DNA from: Amoebophrya sp. A120
Taxonomy: Eukaryota > Protista > Dinoflagellata
Assembly: GCA_905178155.1 (NCBI GenBank)
Contig: CAJINV010000042.1
Location: 1 to 15,695, forward strand
Reading direction: 5' to 3'
DNA length: 15,695 nucleotides
In this document: positions 1 through 9,459 of the stretch, piece by piece
Layout: every line of letters begins with the position of its first letter
Numbering within the stretch: the stretch's first letter is position 1
Notes under the pieces: generated by a model
Seen by the model: only the letters and a program-made list of their open reading frames with translations
What the model was told of the DNA's origin: nothing
The model's database searches: none
Translations under genes and position numbers: made by a program

Positions 1-230
1 CGTGCCCTAGGCTGCATGCGCCCCGTTTTTAGTTCGCTGTGAACACGCGCTCGGCTCCCCATCTTAAAAGCCGTGCATAAAACTACACGGACATCTGGAC
101 GCTGGTCGGCACCAGCCGCCACCGCCGCTACTGGCCGCGCAATACTCGTAGTAGCTGCAGTGTTCGTGCTTGTTTTGGCCTTACCCGTGCCCATCCCAGG
201 TAAAGGACTGCCTTAGCTTCTCAAACTTGT

Positions 231-304
231 ATTCGCTGTGTGAGAGAATTCGCTGATTTTGGTTCTCAAAATTTTCACACTGAGAGAATTCGCTGTGTGA
301 GAGA
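231..304. repeat. Short overlapping direct repeats upstream of gene 1
   Basis: ATTCGCTGTGTGAGAGA at 231-247 and 288-304; TGAGAGAATTCGCTG at 241-255 and 281-295. Confidence 0.8.
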
Positions 305-459
305 GGTTGTAAGAGACAACAAATTCGTATGCAGCCTGACATCCTTTGAGAGCGACGCAAATGCGGCACCAAAATGATGAAAAGTCAACCTGTTGCTCAC
401 AAGTGCTAACCCAAAAACTTTTTTAGCTTGTGGTGCCTTTTTTTCCTCTTATTCTTCAA

Positions 460-1032
460 ATGCGGTTCGCTATCTTCACATCGTGCGTGAGTGCAGTTGC
501 TGCATTCACGGCGTTCAACTCACCGACCGCGCCGGGCAATTATGGGCTCCCTGCGGAGAAGCCAGAGTTTACTGGTGAAGTCGCACACAGTCTGCCAGAG
601 GTGAATGTGCGCTACCACTTCCCGGCGTTTGATGCTGCCTCTGCTATGTCTTCCATGGAAACCGGTTTGGCTTTGGACAATCGCATCGCTGCTGCGGCCC
701 AAGAATTGCGCTCTGACAAGGTGAACAGCGGCGTTGTTTTTTAGATATTTGCTTGAAAAACTGCATTCCGTGCCATGTCCTCAAATACTGAATGGCTGAA
801 GTATTCAATGACTATCATCACAATCCAGGCTCTTTTGGCAGCGCTGACCCCGTCCAGTTTTCTGCGCAAAGGTGATGCTATCCTCGGGGCAATGGGAAGC
901 CTTCCAGTTCCGCCCCAGCCTGATACCACTGGTCTTTCTGCTTTCCGGGAGATGATGCTCGGCATGGAACATGCCCCGCGCCCGCACCCGACCTACGCGT
1001 CCGTCGCTTCTGCCTGTGCTGGAGGGTGTTAG
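460..1032 (+). CDS. Secreted protein (gene 1), 2 exons 460-720 + 829-1032, 154 aa; signal peptide, PEVNVRYHFP strand motif, SSFLRK site, C-terminal CAGGC
   Basis: ATG at 460 gives MRFAIFTSCVSAVAAF (signal-like). Joining AAG|GT at 721 to CAG| at 828 fuses ORFs 430-744 and 775-1032 in frame (..ELRSDK-ALLAALTPSSFLRK..). Confidence 0.8.
721..828 (+). other. Spliceosomal intron (108 nt, phase 0) in gene 1
   Basis: GTGAAC...ATCCAG, AT-richer than the flanks, contains an in-frame stop; removal restores one ORF. Confidence 0.75.
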
Positions 1033-1380
1033 TTTAATGATGAATTGTGCAAAGTCATTTCATTGAAATAGTAGAAGAAGAATAACAATTACTAATACTC
1101 GCCTCATTCTGATTCTCATCTGATAGGACAAAGGTTCTAAACTGTGCAATGCCTTTTGTTCTGATCGCAGCCGGAGTTCCTTGTTGTGAGAGCTGGCAAA
1201 ACAGGGAGGAGTCAGTGTTTGTACTTGAAGACCGACCCAGAATCATCTTCGACGTGCCAGTGAGTTAGTTTCCAAAGAACATGACCAAACCTGCAATGCC
1301 CAGCATAACACATGAGCATCTGTGTGCACTTTGCCAAGCTTCTAGTTGCGCTCTTCTTTTTTTCTGAGAGGAGAAAAAAC

Positions 1381-2508
1381 ATGCTTCGCGTCATCGCAGC
1401 GACCTCGCTCTGCGCTCATGGATCGCGCATGTTCCCCGACCCGCTGGAGATGGTCCCGCCGGGCGTGGCGTCGGGAATCGCCGGCAAAGTCGCGGATGCG
1501 ACTCCCTACACCTTGAACTTGATGCCCCCGTCCATGCCTTCTGCTGAAGCCAATGCTGACATTGATGCCCTCATGGCGGTGGAGAAAGCCCATGAAAAGG
1601 GGCTTGAAGCGGCCGGATTGGCAGACAAGCAGCGTCTGTTGAACGCTGAAATTGCCAAAGTGCACACCATTGTAGGGGCGCATCACTCCTTTCTTCAGGG
1701 CTATTCGTCGCTCGCGCCGACTGCTGATCATGAGTTTGTCCTGCACGCGCCGGCTGAAGACAAGGCAACCATTGACGCGGCAGTGTCCTCCATTTTCAAA
1801 ACTGAGTCCAGTAAGGCGTCTGCTGAGGCGTCCGCAGATGCGTCCCTCAAGCAGGCCATGCTTTCTGCAGAGATCGCCAAAATCGGACACATTGTGCGGG
1901 GCAAGTCAAGTTTTTTGGAGCCCTTCGTTCCGCCGGTTGCTATTCAATCCACCATGCAGGCTTCACTTCCGTCTGTCATTGACATCCACTATGATGTTCC
2001 TCGTGCCGGTTTCACGCAAGAATTGGCCGCGCTGAAGGCGGCGTCGGGTGTTTCGTTCCTCCAGAAGGGAAAAACCGACGTGTACTTTGAGGCAGGTGCC
2101 CCTGCGTCTGTCCTGGAAAGTGAGTACCAAGCCATTAAAGCGTCGCTTGAGCAGAGCATTGAGAAGTCGTTCCAAGGGATCCGCTCCGCGGCCTTGGGCG
2201 CCTCGTTTCTGAAAGCATCTCCTTCGCGGGAGCCGACCGTGCATGTAATGGTTGACTCCACGGGCAAGGGCAAGAAGGTTGACATGGCACGCTTGACCGC
2301 TGACGGGTTCGCGTACGCGGCCAAACGCCTCGCCAGCTTGGAGGCTGAAATGTCCCACAGTTCCTTCCTGAGCGGAGATGAAGTTCCGCGCTCTGCTCCT
2401 GTGTTGAACGTGGACATTGAAACTCCGACCTTCGTTTCCGGTGCAGATATTGCGGCGGTCAAGGGTGAGATGCAGGCAATTTCTGGTTTGCAATCCCAGT
2501 TGCGCTGA
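1381..2508 (+). CDS. Secreted repeat polyprotein (gene 2), 375 aa, five SFL sites separating strand-helix modules; first two modules resemble the 41-3-like repeat
   Basis: ATG at 1381 in AAAAAC context, MLRVIAATSLCAHG signal-like. Internal repeat ..DKQRLLNAEIAKVHTIVGAHHSFLQ / ..LKQAMLSAEIAKIGHIVRGKSSFLE; further SFLQ, SFLK and SFLS sites. Confidence 0.85.
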   Translation: MLRVIAATSLCAHGSRMFPDPLEMVPPGVASGIAGKVADATPYTLNLMPPSMPSAEANADIDALMAVEKAHEKGLEAAGLADKQRLLNAEIAKVHTIVGAHHSFLQGYSSLAPTADHEFVLHAPAEDKATIDAAVSSIFKTESSKASAEASADASLKQAMLSAEIAKIGHIVRGKSSFLEPFVPPVAIQSTMQASLPSVIDIHYDVPRAGFTQELAALKAASGVSFLQKGKTDVYFEAGAPASVLESEYQAIKASLEQSIEKSFQGIRSAALGASFLKASPSREPTVHVMVDSTGKGKKVDMARLTADGFAYAAKRLASLEAEMSHSSFLSGDEVPRSAPVLNVDIETPTFVSGADIAAVKGEMQAISGLQSQLR

Positions 2509-2792
2509 ACAAGTCGTCAACTTGTTGGACTAGGCAAAATGTATTGGCTCTGAGTGAAAAATTTTCTTGATCGCGCTATCGTTCCCTTGGACACTTTGTT
2601 AAGATGTGGTACAGTTATACGCAGTGTTCTACGGCTCTCAATGAACTGTCGACCAGATCAAAGAAACCAATGCCTTCGTGTACCACCTCGCTGAGGGAGA
2701 AGTGAGTGATGGCCAAATCTGCAGCATGCGCACCTTTGTGACGACTTTCTCTTTCTTCATCCACGGCTCTTTAGACTGTTTCGCTTCACAAC

Positions 2793-3350
2793 ATGCGTCT
2801 GGTATTCTGTTTTTTTGGAGCGGTCTCCGCTCTCAGGGTGAAAGATAGCGCTTCCGCGGCGTCGGGGCTCATTAGTTCGCTCTCCGGCGGAGGTGCCACC
2901 GGATTGACTGCGGCCACAATGCCGTCGGACTCAAAATTAGGAGGCATCACATCGGACTTGCTCGCAGGCGCTGAAGGCTTCGCTGCTGCTGCTCCATCTT
3001 CGGCTGGGGAAAAGCAATTTACCGCTGCCGTCAGGGCGGCCATGGGATCGTCGCCTACTACCGTTGGAAAGTTTAGTCTGCCTTACTCCACTGGCGCTGC
3101 GAGCTTTTTGAAGCTGACTGGCTTGTCTAGCAGTGACTTGTCCACAATCGCTGAGCAGGTCTCAGTTGCGGCTGCCAAGCAGTCTGGTTTCAGCGGACCG
3201 ACTGCGGCCTGCCCTGCTGGATGGTTAGAAGCTGCGGGAACCTGCAACCCAGCGACGGGCTACACCGGCTTTTGCACCAAAGGTTTGCCGTCCAATCTCA
3301 GCGTCGCTGAAAAGCAGGAGACGCAAATCTTCTGCGACGTGAAGTACTAA
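2793..3350 (+). CDS. Secreted protein with divergent C-terminal CPW-WPC domain (gene 3), 185 aa
   Basis: Signal MRLVFCFFGAVSA; ASFLK site; CPAGW..C.P..YTGFC..LS..EK....CDVKY matches the CPW-WPC pattern but lacks the terminal WPC. Confidence 0.85.
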   Translation: MRLVFCFFGAVSALRVKDSASAASGLISSLSGGGATGLTAATMPSDSKLGGITSDLLAGAEGFAAAAPSSAGEKQFTAAVRAAMGSSPTTVGKFSLPYSTGAASFLKLTGLSSSDLSTIAEQVSVAAAKQSGFSGPTAACPAGWLEAAGTCNPATGYTGFCTKGLPSNLSVAEKQETQIFCDVKY

Positions 3351-3685
3351 AAGGCATGGTCAGCGCAAGAATTCGCCCCAACTATCTTCAAACAAAGATG
3401 AAAGTGAACGCTTAGAATGAACCCTCACATGTCCAGGCGTGTGCTGTGTCTGTGCACCTTGCTCCTTTTGCGCTCAACGCTGACTATCTGCGCCCGCGTG
3501 TTGTTCTACGTTTCTCATCGTTTTTCAAGAGAGTCGCGACCAAATAAATGTCAGGCGCTTGGAGGGAGACTGATCTCAACAACAAACGCCAAGAATTTTG
3601 GAGATGCCGACCATTATGCCTCAGCTACCAGAGCAGTGTGTGACTGTTGATATTTTTTTATAACAGCTAGGCCACTTCAACAAGA

Positions 3686-4081
3686 ATGTTGAGAACCATC
3701 TTCGTCACCTTTGCTGGTTTTGTCGCCTGCTGTGCGGGTGAGTCCATTCAGGTTGCTGGCGCATCTCACCTTACGTCAAGCGCTAAAGACATTGCGTCAC
3801 TGGAAGCCCGCATTGATTCCTTCATGCATTCACAAGTGTCCGGCTTCGTCGGCAAATCTTCGTTTTTGAAGACAGGCGCTGCAGCATGGGCGGGCTCGCC
3901 CGGTATGGTGAAGGAGGCCTTGTTTCTGACCCAGCCCATGAGGACTGACTCCCCGGCCAAAGTGAATATCATTGAGAAGCGCCCAGAAGTTTCTGCCGCA
4001 GCCTCGTCTGTCGCGGATGCTTCCCAAGCCGCTTATGACATGCAGGCCTTCTCTTCAGGAATGGCCAGCCTGCGCCACTAA
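3686..4081 (+). CDS. Small secreted protein of unknown function (gene 4), 131 aa
   Basis: Signal MLRTIFVTFAGFVACCAG; SSFLK site; PAKVNIIE strand motif; GC-rich, coding-like composition between AT-richer spacers. Confidence 0.8.
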   Translation: MLRTIFVTFAGFVACCAGESIQVAGASHLTSSAKDIASLEARIDSFMHSQVSGFVGKSSFLKTGAAAWAGSPGMVKEALFLTQPMRTDSPAKVNIIEKRPEVSAAASSVADASQAAYDMQAFSSGMASLRH

Positions 4082-4407
4082 AACCGCTCATGAGGCTACC
4101 GCTTAAGACACCAATATCGTGCTGGTAACGTCGCGGTCATATGTGCAATGTCATACAGCCTCCTCCTCCACTGGTCCAGCTGCTGTGGCTTTATGTGTTC
4201 GCGTAGTTACCAAGACTGATATCGTACATGCCGTGCACACTTGAGAGAGCAAAAACATGCTGGAGGGACGCTCGTGGATCAATGCAAATGCAAACCATGA
4301 TGTGTGTTCACGCTATAGTGCCATCGCTTGAGCTGCAAGCTAAGTTCCTGTCCTGTACCTTTCAAGTGGTCATCTAGCTCTTTTTTTATACCAACTTTCT
4401 TTTGACA

Positions 4408-5130
4408 ATGAAGGTGATTCTCCCACTCACCCTCGTCGCGGGTGCTAATGCCCTCTCCATGTCCCAGCGCGCCACGGCAGGACAACGCTTACTGTCCCTT
4501 CCGGCCCAGAAGCAGTCTGAAGTACCGCTTGACAAGCTGAATGAGGTCCGGGAGTATTTGCAGAAAGACTGCGGCGACAGTTGCGTCCAGTACTGGGATG
4601 GGCTGCTGAGCAAGGCTCAAAAAGAAGGAAAGACGTTCCTCTCCGCCATCCAGGACAACATGCATGACACCTTCAGCAAAATGCAAGAATTTCAGGCCGC
4701 AGTCCAGCATGAAGACCCGACGACGGCTCTCGCTGAGTTTCAGAAGACTCACAGCAGTTTCATCAAGGAGCGTAGCACTCTTTCTGCTGCCATGCCCATG
4801 TTGGATACCCCCTGCTTTGATGAAAAATCGTGCAAGCTCGTGGAGGTGTTGGGAAACAGATGCAACTTCGGCCGTGTCGCGACGCTTGCAATCTACCAAG
4901 CGGTCAACCTGCCCATTCACGTGCTAGCGGTCGCCACCAAAATCCTGTGCGCGTGCCTCGACGTCTTTACCGCCTCTGTCTGCGTTTTGCGCTTCGCGCC
5001 GTGGTGCCCGCCGGTATACAACGTGATGGGCAAGATTTGGTCTATCAATGATCAGATCTGGGAAGCCACCAAGAAGGTCACCAGCACCTGCAAGGTCGTG
5101 GGTAGTCCGCTGGTTGCGAGCCCGCCCTAA
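4408..5130 (+). CDS. Secreted Cys-rich helical protein, PSOP13-like (gene 5), 240 aa
   Basis: ATG at 4408 (ACA ATG), signal MKVILPLTLVAGANA; SSFIKE site. C-terminal PC..C..N.C..R..Y..H.L..LC.C..C.L..P..Y..WE..K..T..C.V.G pattern recalls Plasmodium secreted ookinete protein PSOP13 (from memory, unverified). Confidence 0.8.
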   Translation: MKVILPLTLVAGANALSMSQRATAGQRLLSLPAQKQSEVPLDKLNEVREYLQKDCGDSCVQYWDGLLSKAQKEGKTFLSAIQDNMHDTFSKMQEFQAAVQHEDPTTALAEFQKTHSSFIKERSTLSAAMPMLDTPCFDEKSCKLVEVLGNRCNFGRVATLAIYQAVNLPIHVLAVATKILCACLDVFTASVCVLRFAPWCPPVYNVMGKIWSINDQIWEATKKVTSTCKVVGSPLVASPP

Positions 5131-5428
5131 CTGTAACACTCGCAGGCTATCAATTGCTGCAGTGCTTTAAATCATTGAATCTTGTGCTCCTGAGTTATAC
5201 CTATTGATACAACACGGCTGAGCAGCAACCTACGGCACGCGCAACTGAAGGGTGTTCCGGATTCCATAGTGTGAGCGTGATGATTGCAAGAGGGAATTAC
5301 ACTCGCACAGCATCGTTCGTGAGGGATAATTTTTGAACTCCATCCTAAACAACCTCAAACTCTTCCAATTTTCTCTGCATGTCTAGCCCTTGTAATTTTT
5401 TCACTGAGAATTCACTGAAGAGCAGAAA

Positions 5429-6223
5429 ATGAGCCGTTTGTTCGTGGCTTGCACGTTCGCTGCAGTTGCAGAGGCTGCTCGTCCGTCCTTTGCCCTGGGG
5501 GAGCAGTTGGGAGAAGCACTCTCTGCCGGAATCAGTGCAGACTCTGCGGGCTTCGCACAGAAAGTTGCGCCTGCGCTGGCTCAGCCCGTGCTGCGCAACG
5601 CTGGCGTTGAGGCAGTGATGGGCGCGGCGTCCAAGAAATACAGCTTTCTGCAGCGCCCCGTGCTGAACTTACACGTTGGGGAGACCGCTTCTGCGTCTCT
5701 CGCGGGTGACCGTGCTGCGGCTGCGGCTGCTCTCAGTGGTGTGGAACAAGGAGAGGTGGAAATGTTGGAGCGCATGGCGCACAAGTCGTTCCTGAAGACC
5801 CCTCTGTCCGACCTTCAGCGGGAGGGCGCGGATGGATCTGTGTTCAAGGATGCGATCAGCTACTACGGCTCCCTCGTCGACGCTGGTGGTTATTCCGCTC
5901 AGCATGGTGTCGCTGGATTGTTGGACCTTGCATCCCTTCCCAACGCGCGCGTCGCTATGCAGCCCCTCCTGTTTAAGGTGAAGAATCTTGCACAGAAGGA
6001 AAGCACCCCGGACGCCACACGGGACATGGCGGGTTCGCTCATTACATTCTTAACCAACATGCCGGTTTCTTTCCAATCCAGCGACTCTGCTACTGGTGCC
6101 TACGGCCACACCAACATCGTCTTGCCTTCGCCAAGCCGTGTTTACGGAGCTGAGGAGGAAATCGCGCAGTTGAAGGCTGGAGCAATGGCGGCTGACACTC
6201 TTGCGGGTTCTTTGTATCACTAA
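5429..6223 (+). CDS. Secreted protein (gene 6), 264 aa; two SFL sites, C-terminal helical domain ending G.YGH.NIV.P.PSR.Y
   Basis: Signal MSRLFVACTFAAVAEA; YSFLQRPVLNLHV and KSFLKT; long ORF with coding-like composition. Confidence 0.85.
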   Translation: MSRLFVACTFAAVAEAARPSFALGEQLGEALSAGISADSAGFAQKVAPALAQPVLRNAGVEAVMGAASKKYSFLQRPVLNLHVGETASASLAGDRAAAAAALSGVEQGEVEMLERMAHKSFLKTPLSDLQREGADGSVFKDAISYYGSLVDAGGYSAQHGVAGLLDLASLPNARVAMQPLLFKVKNLAQKESTPDATRDMAGSLITFLTNMPVSFQSSDSATGAYGHTNIVLPSPSRVYGAEEEIAQLKAGAMAADTLAGSLYH

Positions 6224-6308
6224 GAGGGTCACCTCCTCAATTACCATTGTGATGGATTGTGGAAATAATTTACTTGTTCACTAAGTTCTGGCAATCAAGG
6301 ATGCTGAA

Positions 6309-6356
6309 TGATGGCTCTGGAAGCAATGTTTTGTTGATGGCTCTTGAAGCAATGTT
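6309..6356. repeat. 22-bp tandem duplication in the gene 6-7 spacer
   Basis: TGATGGCTCTGGAAGCAATGTT (6309-6330) vs TGATGGCTCTTGAAGCAATGTT (6335-6356), one mismatch. Confidence 0.85.
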
Positions 6357-6544
6357 CGCCTTCGTGTTCGGGCGGTTTCCTTGTCTCTATAGTGCATTCG
6401 TGAGGGATGACCAAAAGCGAGCGGAGCTATAACGTTGCAAAAATGGCACCAATGGACACCATTTCGGCGGTAGCTTCAAAAACAACACTTATTCTCTGTA
6501 CTCTTTCCCTTCTAGCTTCTTTTTTCTCCAAAAATCGCTTCAGT

Positions 6545-7110
6545 ATGAAATCCTTTCTCGGGGCGCTTGCGTTCGGGGTTGCGTCTTGCCTGGCAACTGT
6601 GCCATTCGACTTGCCCAAAGAAATTTTCACGGATGTGAACAAGGGCGACGTTCCCGTTGTGAATGTCATCGCAGACCGGGCGTCGTTCTTGCGCTCGCCC
6701 GCATTGGCAGGTACAGAATACAAATGTCATAGATTCCAGGTCTAGTAGAGTTCAGATTTTTTGATTTTTACATCACCTGCTTTCTGAGTACAACTTGGCA
6801 CAAAAGCAATTTTTCCCAATAAACTATTCCAGGGCTGGAGGCTTCGTTGAAAGCAACGCATCCAAGTGAGTCTGCCATGATGATCAAAGCTACGCTGTCA
6901 GATGCTCTGCAAGCAGCAGCTGTTGCGGAAGGTGTGAGTCTTTCGGCTGTTACCTGTGCGCGCAACTACGCCGGCTGCCCGTCGGGATGGGCTCCTTCTG
7001 GGGACGCGTGCCTGTCCAGTTCCGGGGCCAGTGCTTCTTTTTCGGGCTTGGCGGCTATTGAGAAGCAAGCAGTGGCAGAGTCTCTCGGTGCGCAGTTTCC
7101 GTGCGCGTAA
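6545..7110 (+). CDS. Secreted protein with degenerate CPW-WPC domain (gene 7), 2 exons 6545-6710 + 6833-7110, 147 aa
   Basis: ATG 6545 MKSFLGALAFGVASCLA signal. Phase-1 splice CAG|GT (6711) to CAG| (6832) gives ..SFLRSPALAGLEASLKAT.. in frame with ORF 6847-7110; ends CARNYAGCPSGW..C....EK....FPCA. Confidence 0.85.
6711..6832 (+). other. Spliceosomal intron (122 nt, phase 1) in gene 7
   Basis: GTACAG...TTCCAG, AT-rich, contains stops; removal joins two ORFs in frame. Confidence 0.8.
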
Positions 7111-7393
7111 ATCACTTAGCCACGACGTTGTACGTCCACTGTGAATGGCTGAAACTTGTCAGACGTGATTTGGAATTTTGATACGGTTTTCGCTATGAAT
7201 CCGGCACTTGGCCAACTTTTTTTTCTGTGTTCTCAAAGGTGAAACAAAAGCCGCTGACAGAGATACTGAATTCAAAACCGCACTTGTTTTTGCAGAGCAA
7301 AGAGGAGCATTTATGCAGAACAACCTGACCAGATAAGTATCCAAATTGTGCTTCCAACTTTAGTCTATTTTTTTTCCCTTTTCAAGCAACATC

Positions 7394-8527
7394 ATGTTTC
7401 GCGCCGCATCTCTCTGCGTCGTTGGCGCCTCTGCGCTGATGACAAACCAGGAGATGGTGAACAAAAACTTGGACGGGTCTGATGCGTACATCGCCCTTTT
7501 CAAGGAGAAGTCGCCGGAGCTGGAGGAGGCTTTCTTGCAGGTGTATGACAAAATGTCCAAGGATTTTGACGTTGAGTCCTACAAGACTCAACTGAACATG
7601 CTGAACACCGCCGTCTCCTTCTTGAAGGATTACAAGACCAGCTCGTCCACTCCGCACTGTGACTATGGAATCGCGCCGGCTGCGGCGGCGGTCAAGGGCG
7701 TCTCAGCTTTCCCAGGTGGGGTTGTTTCGCGCCTTTTTGGATTTGACGTCAGCAAGATGGTCGCGGATTTGGCCAGCAAGTCTGGTGCCGCAGGCGCTGC
7801 GGGTGGAATGCCTCAGATGCTCGCCATGAACGGCCTTGCTACTGGTGCGGGCCTCATTCAGGCCGCTATGTCGACTGTCCTCCAGATCGTGCCCCCAATG
7901 ATCCCGCCGCCGGTGTGGATCAATCAGCCTCTGCCGTGCATGCCCATGGTCACGGGCCACAATTGTGTTGGGTCCGTTCTGTATCCCATCACCGCCGCAG
8001 ACTTCGTGACCGCGGATGTGACTGATGCGCAGCTAGATGGAACTATTGCATCCTTCCCCGCGTTGTACAAGGACCGCGTTGGAAAAACAGGCAGCGCTGC
8101 CTACTCCTTGTGCTTCAAGACCTACATGTCCATGCAGTGCGGTGCCATCTTCCCGCGCTGCTCCACCCCTACGGCGCGTAATGAGCCAACACCGGTGGGC
8201 CGCTTGCCGTTGTGCTTCACAAGCTGCATCGCCACTTTGGTTGCCTGCCCGGGATTCTGGATTACAGATATCGCTGACACCTGCAGCACGGTCTCTGCCC
8301 CGCCTATGTGCACCATGGCTCTGTATCTGCGCAGTGACAACTTGCCGCCCCAGTACAGCACGTTTGAGGAATCTGCTCCGGTGCCGGCGGAGTGCCCCGT
8401 TGCGCCGGCTTCTCTCGCTGCTCTGGAAAACGCGGGATCCGGATTTGACATCTACAGCACGGGATCCGACTCTGTCATCGCGTCTCCTTACTTTGGTTCT
8501 GGCTCTGCCAAAGTGCCAAGTGCATAG
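7394..8527 (+). CDS. Secreted Cys-rich protein with Frizzled-CRD-like C-terminal region (gene 8), 377 aa
   Basis: Signal MFRAASLCVVGASA; VSFLKD site; IPPPVWINQPLPCMPM..C; C..Y..M.C..IFP.C...P.C...C...L..CP Cys spacing like FZ/CRD domains. Confidence 0.88.
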   Translation: MFRAASLCVVGASALMTNQEMVNKNLDGSDAYIALFKEKSPELEEAFLQVYDKMSKDFDVESYKTQLNMLNTAVSFLKDYKTSSSTPHCDYGIAPAAAAVKGVSAFPGGVVSRLFGFDVSKMVADLASKSGAAGAAGGMPQMLAMNGLATGAGLIQAAMSTVLQIVPPMIPPPVWINQPLPCMPMVTGHNCVGSVLYPITAADFVTADVTDAQLDGTIASFPALYKDRVGKTGSAAYSLCFKTYMSMQCGAIFPRCSTPTARNEPTPVGRLPLCFTSCIATLVACPGFWITDIADTCSTVSAPPMCTMALYLRSDNLPPQYSTFEESAPVPAECPVAPASLAALENAGSGFDIYSTGSDSVIASPYFGSGSAKVPSA

Positions 8528-8838
8528 ACACTTGTGACTATGTGAAGTCCTAATCTTCTTATTTTCCGACTGGCTCTGATGCAGAATTTGAATCACTTAG
8601 GTAGCTCCTTGAAAAGTTAGAGCAAGTCTTTCACATTTGAGCGTGTTCGCGTACATCACTGCTACCTCGCTGAGAGAAAGCAAAAAAACTCGACTTCGCA
8701 GAGAAGCAAAAAAACTTGCCTACACACAATTGCGCTATGCCCTTTCTGTTTTCTCGTTGCTGCAATGCACCATAAATCTCCTATCAGTACATACCAAAGA
8801 CTTGTGGAGGTTTTTTTTCCGCCAAAAACCATAACAAA

Positions 8839-9123
8839 ATGTTGCGACTGGTGACGCTCCTCTTCGCCCTCATCGGGTGTGCCTTTGGCTACAAAGACAT
8901 TCTTACCCACGGCTCCGCTGGGCCTGTTGAGGTGATCAATGTTGCACTGGAAAGCGCCATCCCAGATGCTATTGCGGCCCGTCGTGGCGCTGAGATGCGT
9001 CGGTCTGAAGCGGCATCTTTAGCACTGCTGGCGCGTCGCCGGGCACAGGCTAACAGTGCGTTGCAGTCCATGATCAGCATGGAAAAGATGACTGAAACCA
9101 CCGCGCGGGATTTGTTGGGATAA
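8839..9123 (+). CDS. Small secreted strand-helix protein (gene 9), 94 aa
   Basis: Clear signal MLRLVTLLFALIGCAFG; EVINVALES strand followed by an Ala/Arg-rich helix; AAA ATG context. Confidence 0.8.
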   Translation: MLRLVTLLFALIGCAFGYKDILTHGSAGPVEVINVALESAIPDAIAARRGAEMRRSEAASLALLARRRAQANSALQSMISMEKMTETTARDLLG

Positions 9124-9459
9124 TACCACAACAGGAGACTTTGAGAAATTTGAAATTCTTGAACCGTCGCGAAGTTGGATAATTCTATCTCTACACTGCA
9201 GATTGATAAAGGTGAAAATTCAAGAGCTGCAACTGCACGCTGTCAAGCTCTTTCGTTGCGTAGTCGCCGTTTTTCGGCTTTCGGTGGTGTTCACACATTC
9301 TGAGAGACAAGACATCCTAGATGCTCAAAAAAGATCGCGCAAGCGTGTGAGTTTCGGGCCAAACAGAAAAGCAAAGCGACTCCACCTGGAACCTCAAAAG
9401 TATTTTTTTGCAAACTTTTGAATACAAAGATCCCGTTTTTTCCTTTCGTTCTCAGAAAC

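Noticed and set aside
3417-3650. 77-aa + strand ORF with a hydrophobic stretch between genes 3 and 4
   Set aside because: It occupies a normal-length spacer, lacks the Ala/Ser-rich composition and SFL/strand motifs of the real genes, and would leave almost no UTR space.
6098-6112. GCCTACGGCCACACC resembles the 5' end of 5S rRNA
   Set aside because: It lies in frame within gene 6 (AYGHT) and the rest of 5S rRNA does not follow.
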